This document shows, one piece after another, positions 61,313 through 64,000 of a DNA stretch of 64,000 nt. Origin of the DNA: Myxococcota bacterium (lineage in GTDB: Bacteria > Myxococcota_A > UBA9160 > UBA6930); NCBI GenBank assembly GCA_965223705.1, contig OZ245015.1, forward strand, positions 4,343,206-4,407,205, given 5' to 3'. Each line of letters starts with the position of its first letter. Position 1 is the first letter of the stretch. Position numbers and translations under genes: made by a program. Under the pieces are notes generated by a model. That model saw nothing but the letters and a program-made list of their open reading frames with translations. It ran no database searches and was not told the origin of the DNA.

Positions 61313-61459
61313 ATGAAGTCATTCGAATCGCTTTTTCTCATGAGCCTCTTCCTCCTTTTGCTGATCTCGTCGAGCGCACAGGCCGTCGACCCGGTCTACT
61401 CCAACTGGCGCGGTCCGGCCATCACCGGCGCCGACCCGGTCGCCTACTCCACCGAAGGG
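61313..61459 (+). pseudogene. 5' remnant of a YHS-domain periplasmic protein gene (signal peptide plus first ~25 mature residues)
   Basis: MKSFESLFLMSLFLLLLISSSAQA-VDPVYSNWRGPAITGADPVAYSTEG matches the start of the YHS-domain family (consensus recalled as ...AIKGYDPVAYFTEGKAV...). After ~61459 no frame continues the family (no W.FAS or YAPQYGG blocks), and the rest of the track ORF (to 61690) is antisense to the next gene. The segment looks AT-richer than its surroundings. Confidence 0.35.
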
Positions 61460-61518
61460 GAAAGCCGCAGACATTCCCGGTCACATCAACAAAGCGGATC
61501 GGAACTGGTCCGCGAACC

Positions 61519-62262
61519 TCAGAGGGGATTGAACCGAGCGTGCATCCAGTTCGCTCGTCGCGGCGTGAATCGACACTGGACGTCTCGCACCGCGAGTGCG
61601 ATCCGTGCGAGCAGCCGATCTCGGACCGTCGGTGCTCTCGGACGGGTCACTGCCTCGCCGCAGGCGGTACACGGCTCGTCCTGCTCGTAGGTCCCGTAGG
61701 GATTCCCGGCCCGCTCCATCAGCCACGCCGACAAAGCGTTGGTTCCCAACTCGGATTTGCCGACGAAAGCGACCTCCGACGCCCGCATCGACCCGAAAAG
61801 ATCGCGCAGACGCGCCTCATCAAAGCTATTCACGTGGCCCCAAGGTGGGTTTGTCGCTCCACAAGCGGCGCAGGTGGTGCAACCGTGGCGGATATCCTGA
61901 CGAAACGGAACGCCGACCAGTAGTTCTCCACGCGTCACGCGCGCCAATTCGCTGCAGGCGTCGTAAAGACCGGGCTCGGGAACGTGTTCGAGCACCTCAG
62001 CGCACAGGACGAAGTCGAATGTCCGGTCGGGGAACGTCAGGTTTGTGACATCGCCCGCGACACAGCGGATCTTATCGCCGTCGATCTCGGGCTCTACGAG
62101 ATCAAGCGCCCACACTTCTTCGAAGCGCTCTGCCAGAATCTTGGCGAAAAAACCATCCCGCGCCCCGACGTCGAGAGCGACGCGGCCGGTGGGAAAACGT
62201 TCCGATAGGTGCGCTGCTCGCTCGCGCTCGGTCGCTGATGCCCGGTACTTGTCGGCGTCCAT
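61519..62262 (-). CDS. class I SAM-dependent methyltransferase with C-terminal CxxC...CxxC zinc-ribbon-like segment
   Basis: Track ORF 61519..62448. I moved the start to MDADKYRAS (62262). Motif I is VALDVGARDGFF, followed by FDFVLCAEVLEHV, then CTTCAAC and CTAC pairs. Confidence 0.75.
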   Translation of the reverse strand: MDADKYRASATERERAAHLSERFPTGRVALDVGARDGFFAKILAERFEEVWALDLVEPEIDGDKIRCVAGDVTNLTFPDRTFDFVLCAEVLEHVPEPGLYDACSELARVTRGELLVGVPFRQDIRHGCTTCAACGATNPPWGHVNSFDEARLRDLFGSMRASEVAFVGKSELGTNALSAWLMERAGNPYGTYEQDEPCTACGEAVTRPRAPTVRDRLLARIALAVRDVQCRFTPRRANWMHARFNPL

Positions 62263-62338
62263 AGCAGTCCTACACCTGTGATAGCTTCCGGGCTCGCCTG
62301 AGCCAACCTCCAAAGTTTTTCTCGGAGACACCATCAAA

Positions 62339-63865
62339 GTGGCAGCGGCACGTAGCGGGCACGCCTGGCAAACCGCGAAGAACATTGTTTCGAGCTGGGG
62401 CGCCATGTTCGCCGTTGCCATGATCAGCTTCTTCCTGTCTCCGTTCATTGTGCACCGCCTGGGAAACGAAGCTTACGGTGTCTGGATTCTTCTCTACTCA
62501 ATCGTCGGCTACTTGGGGTTGCTCGACCTCGGCGTTCGCAGCGCGGTCACGAAATACCTCGCCACGTTGTACGCGACCGAGCAGCACGAGGAGGCGAACC
62601 ACATCGCTTCGGCGGCCTTGGCGCTCTTCGCCGCGGCCGGTTTCTTCGCCGTCCTTTCGACGTTCGCGCTCGCCCAGGTCGGCCTCGGGTGGTTTGACGT
62701 CTCACCTGAGCTCCTAGGCGCCGCCCGCCTCGTGCTTCAGCTGGGTGGCTTGACCGTGGCGAGCGCGATCATCGGCGGTGTGTTCGGTGGCATTGTCGTC
62801 GCCCGTCAACGCCTCGATCTGCTGAACCTCGTGAGCCTGATCCATGAGATTGTTCGCGCGGCTGCCATCGTCTTCGCGCTCTCCGATGGAGGCGGCATCG
62901 TCGCGCTCGCCGTCATCCAGCTCCTGACCTCTCTCTCGCTGGGATTGGTGACGTTCGCCCTGAGCCGACGGGTCTATCCCGAAGTGAAACCATGGCGTTT
63001 CCAGTTTCGTCGCGACCACCTTCAAACGGTGTTGTCCTTCGGCTTTTTCGCGACGCTGCTCCACGCTTCGACGATGATCGTGAACTACACCGACTCCCTC
63101 GTAATCGGCGCGTTCCTGCCCATCAGTATGATCACGTTCTTCGCGATCAGCGCGAACCTCGTCGAACAAGCGCGCAACCTGTCGGCCGGTATCTCGCGAT
63201 CCGTGTCGCCGGTCGCGAGTGCCCTCGACGTCGAACGAGATCGCTCTCGTGTGGGACAGGTGCTTCTCTCGGGAGCTCGCCTCTCGAGCCTCGTCTGCTT
63301 TCCGATCGTCGTGACGTTTCTATTGCGTGGCCACTCGTTCATCGGACTGTGGATGGGGGAGGAATTCGCGAAACCGGCGGGCGATGTGCTGTTCGTCCTC
63401 GCCCTGGGGCTGTGGGTGTATGCGGGCTTCCACGTCTGTGTCGCCATCATCATCGGGATCGATGAGCACCGGGGGTTGGTGCCGGCGTTCATCGCCGAGG
63501 CAATCTGTAACGCGGTGCTGAGCATTTTGCTGGTCGAGCACTACGGCCTGCTCGGGGTCGCTTTCGGGACCCTGATACCTCGCGCGGTGATGTCTTTAGC
63601 GTTCGGCCCGCTGTACACCCGCCGCGTCGTCGGCGTTCCCGTTCGTCGCTATCTGGGCGACGTCGTGCTTCGGCCCACACTCTCGATGGCGTTCTTCGCG
63701 GCGGCCACGTGGGCGACCGAGCGATACTTCCCGGCGGCGAACCTCGCCGTCTACTTCGCGCAAGTCGCCGTCGCCTGCCCACTCGCGCTCGTGGGCGCCT
63801 GGGCGATGTGCTTGACGGCCGAAGAGCGCGCCCAATTGCGCGGGCTCGTCCGACGCAGCGCCTAG
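62339..63865 (+). CDS. MOP-superfamily oligosaccharide/polysaccharide flippase (Wzx-like)
   Basis: 508 aa with roughly 12-14 TM helices. The N-terminal pattern FFLSPFIVHRLGNEAYGVWILLYSIVGYLGLLDLG is typical of polysaccharide biosynthesis flippases. Confidence 0.7.
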   Translation: MAAARSGHAWQTAKNIVSSWGAMFAVAMISFFLSPFIVHRLGNEAYGVWILLYSIVGYLGLLDLGVRSAVTKYLATLYATEQHEEANHIASAALALFAAAGFFAVLSTFALAQVGLGWFDVSPELLGAARLVLQLGGLTVASAIIGGVFGGIVVARQRLDLLNLVSLIHEIVRAAAIVFALSDGGGIVALAVIQLLTSLSLGLVTFALSRRVYPEVKPWRFQFRRDHLQTVLSFGFFATLLHASTMIVNYTDSLVIGAFLPISMITFFAISANLVEQARNLSAGISRSVSPVASALDVERDRSRVGQVLLSGARLSSLVCFPIVVTFLLRGHSFIGLWMGEEFAKPAGDVLFVLALGLWVYAGFHVCVAIIIGIDEHRGLVPAFIAEAICNAVLSILLVEHYGLLGVAFGTLIPRAVMSLAFGPLYTRRVVGVPVRRYLGDVVLRPTLSMAFFAAATWATERYFPAANLAVYFAQVAVACPLALVGAWAMCLTAEERAQLRGLVRRSA

Positions 63866-64000
63866 CGGGACAGCGCGAAAGCGATCACGGTGTCCCCCTG
63901 CGGAGAACCCAGGTAGGGGTGGCCCGAAGCGGCGACGGCGACGAACTGGCGTCCTTCGATGGCGTAGCTCACCGGCGGAGCGTGGATTCCGGCCCCGCAC
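63862..64000 (-). CDS. PQQ-dependent dehydrogenase (quinoprotein), extreme C-terminus only (rest outside the window)
   Basis: This is not in the ORF track because no start lies in the window. The minus-strand frame from 63999 reads CGAGIHAPPVSYAIEGRQFVAVAASGHPYLGSPQGDTVIAFALSR-stop (TAG = CTA at 63862-63864). That matches the last propeller blade/tail pattern of PQQ alcohol and glucose dehydrogenases (P.tY...G.QYVav..G......G d.v.aFaL). Confidence 0.55.
   Translation of the reverse strand, partial: CGAGIHAPPVSYAIEGRQFVAVAASGHPYLGSPQGDTVIAFALSR

Noticed and set aside
61313-61690. 125-aa track ORF taken as an intact gene
   Set aside because: Only the first ~49 codons look protein-like. The remainder is Arg/Ser-rich and antisense to the 3' end of the methyltransferase gene, so I treat it as a truncated remnant.
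60535-61923. 462-aa ORF on the plus strand, and similar long alternative-frame ORFs (57751..58968, 38219..39283, 38480..39307, 42885..43769)
   Set aside because: Each overlaps better-supported genes in another frame or strand, and the translations are Arg/Pro/Ser-rich with no motifs.

Overview
This is a GC-rich (by eye about two-thirds G+C), very gene-dense chromosomal segment from a diderm bacterium; tamA/tamB, mlaA, an asmA-like gene and a lapA-like gene are all present. Every family call comes from motif recognition in the supplied translations and my own reading of the DNA. No database search or folding program was available. I support about 58 protein-coding genes. Two of these are partial at the window edges, one is frameshifted, one is a truncated remnant, and one is interrupted by two in-frame TGA codons. 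There are also three tRNAs (Arg-TCT, His-GTG, Arg-TCG), one 33-bp tandem repeat and a few candidate RNA/DNA structures. I see no rRNA, CRISPR, transposase, integrase or phage genes. Layout: (i) 0-20 kb and 55-60 kb hold catabolic and redox enzymes: three family-III CoA-transferases, an acyl-CoA dehydrogenase, two LLM flavin oxidoreductases, SDRs, a Zn-ADH, a BVMO and a BisC-like molybdoenzyme. (ii) 20.0-33.4 kb holds eleven co-directional minus-strand genes with gaps of 49 nt or less. The upstream seven are a RimK ligase fused to an RCK_C domain, a retropepsin-like protease, an AstE-like deacylase, an MscS-like channel, a soluble MgtE_N+CBS protein, MgtE and a CdaA-YbbR fusion. The downstream four are a 2OG oxygenase, HyuA/HyuB-type ATP-dependent amidohydrolase subunits and a class-III aminotransferase. 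(iii) 35.5-43 kb is an envelope-lipid cluster: lapA-like, then tamA-tamB-alpha/beta hydrolase-mlaA. (iv) 44.7-50.5 kb holds the tRNAs, an XRE regulator and two hybrid histidine kinases. (v) 50.5-54.4 kb is a cluster of a linalool-dehydratase-like protein, a sterol-desaturase-family hydroxylase, an SCP2-like protein and an atypical SDR. (vi) 54466-54978 is a PRX-like redoxin gene that the ORF track misses, because both cysteines of its WCPxC redox motif are TGA codons and a SECIS-like hairpin follows them. The best candidates for something new are this putative two-selenocysteine (UxxU) redoxin and the operon that co-transcribes a c-di-AMP cyclase with RCK_C- and CBS-bearing proteins and a RimK poly-glutamate ligase set.
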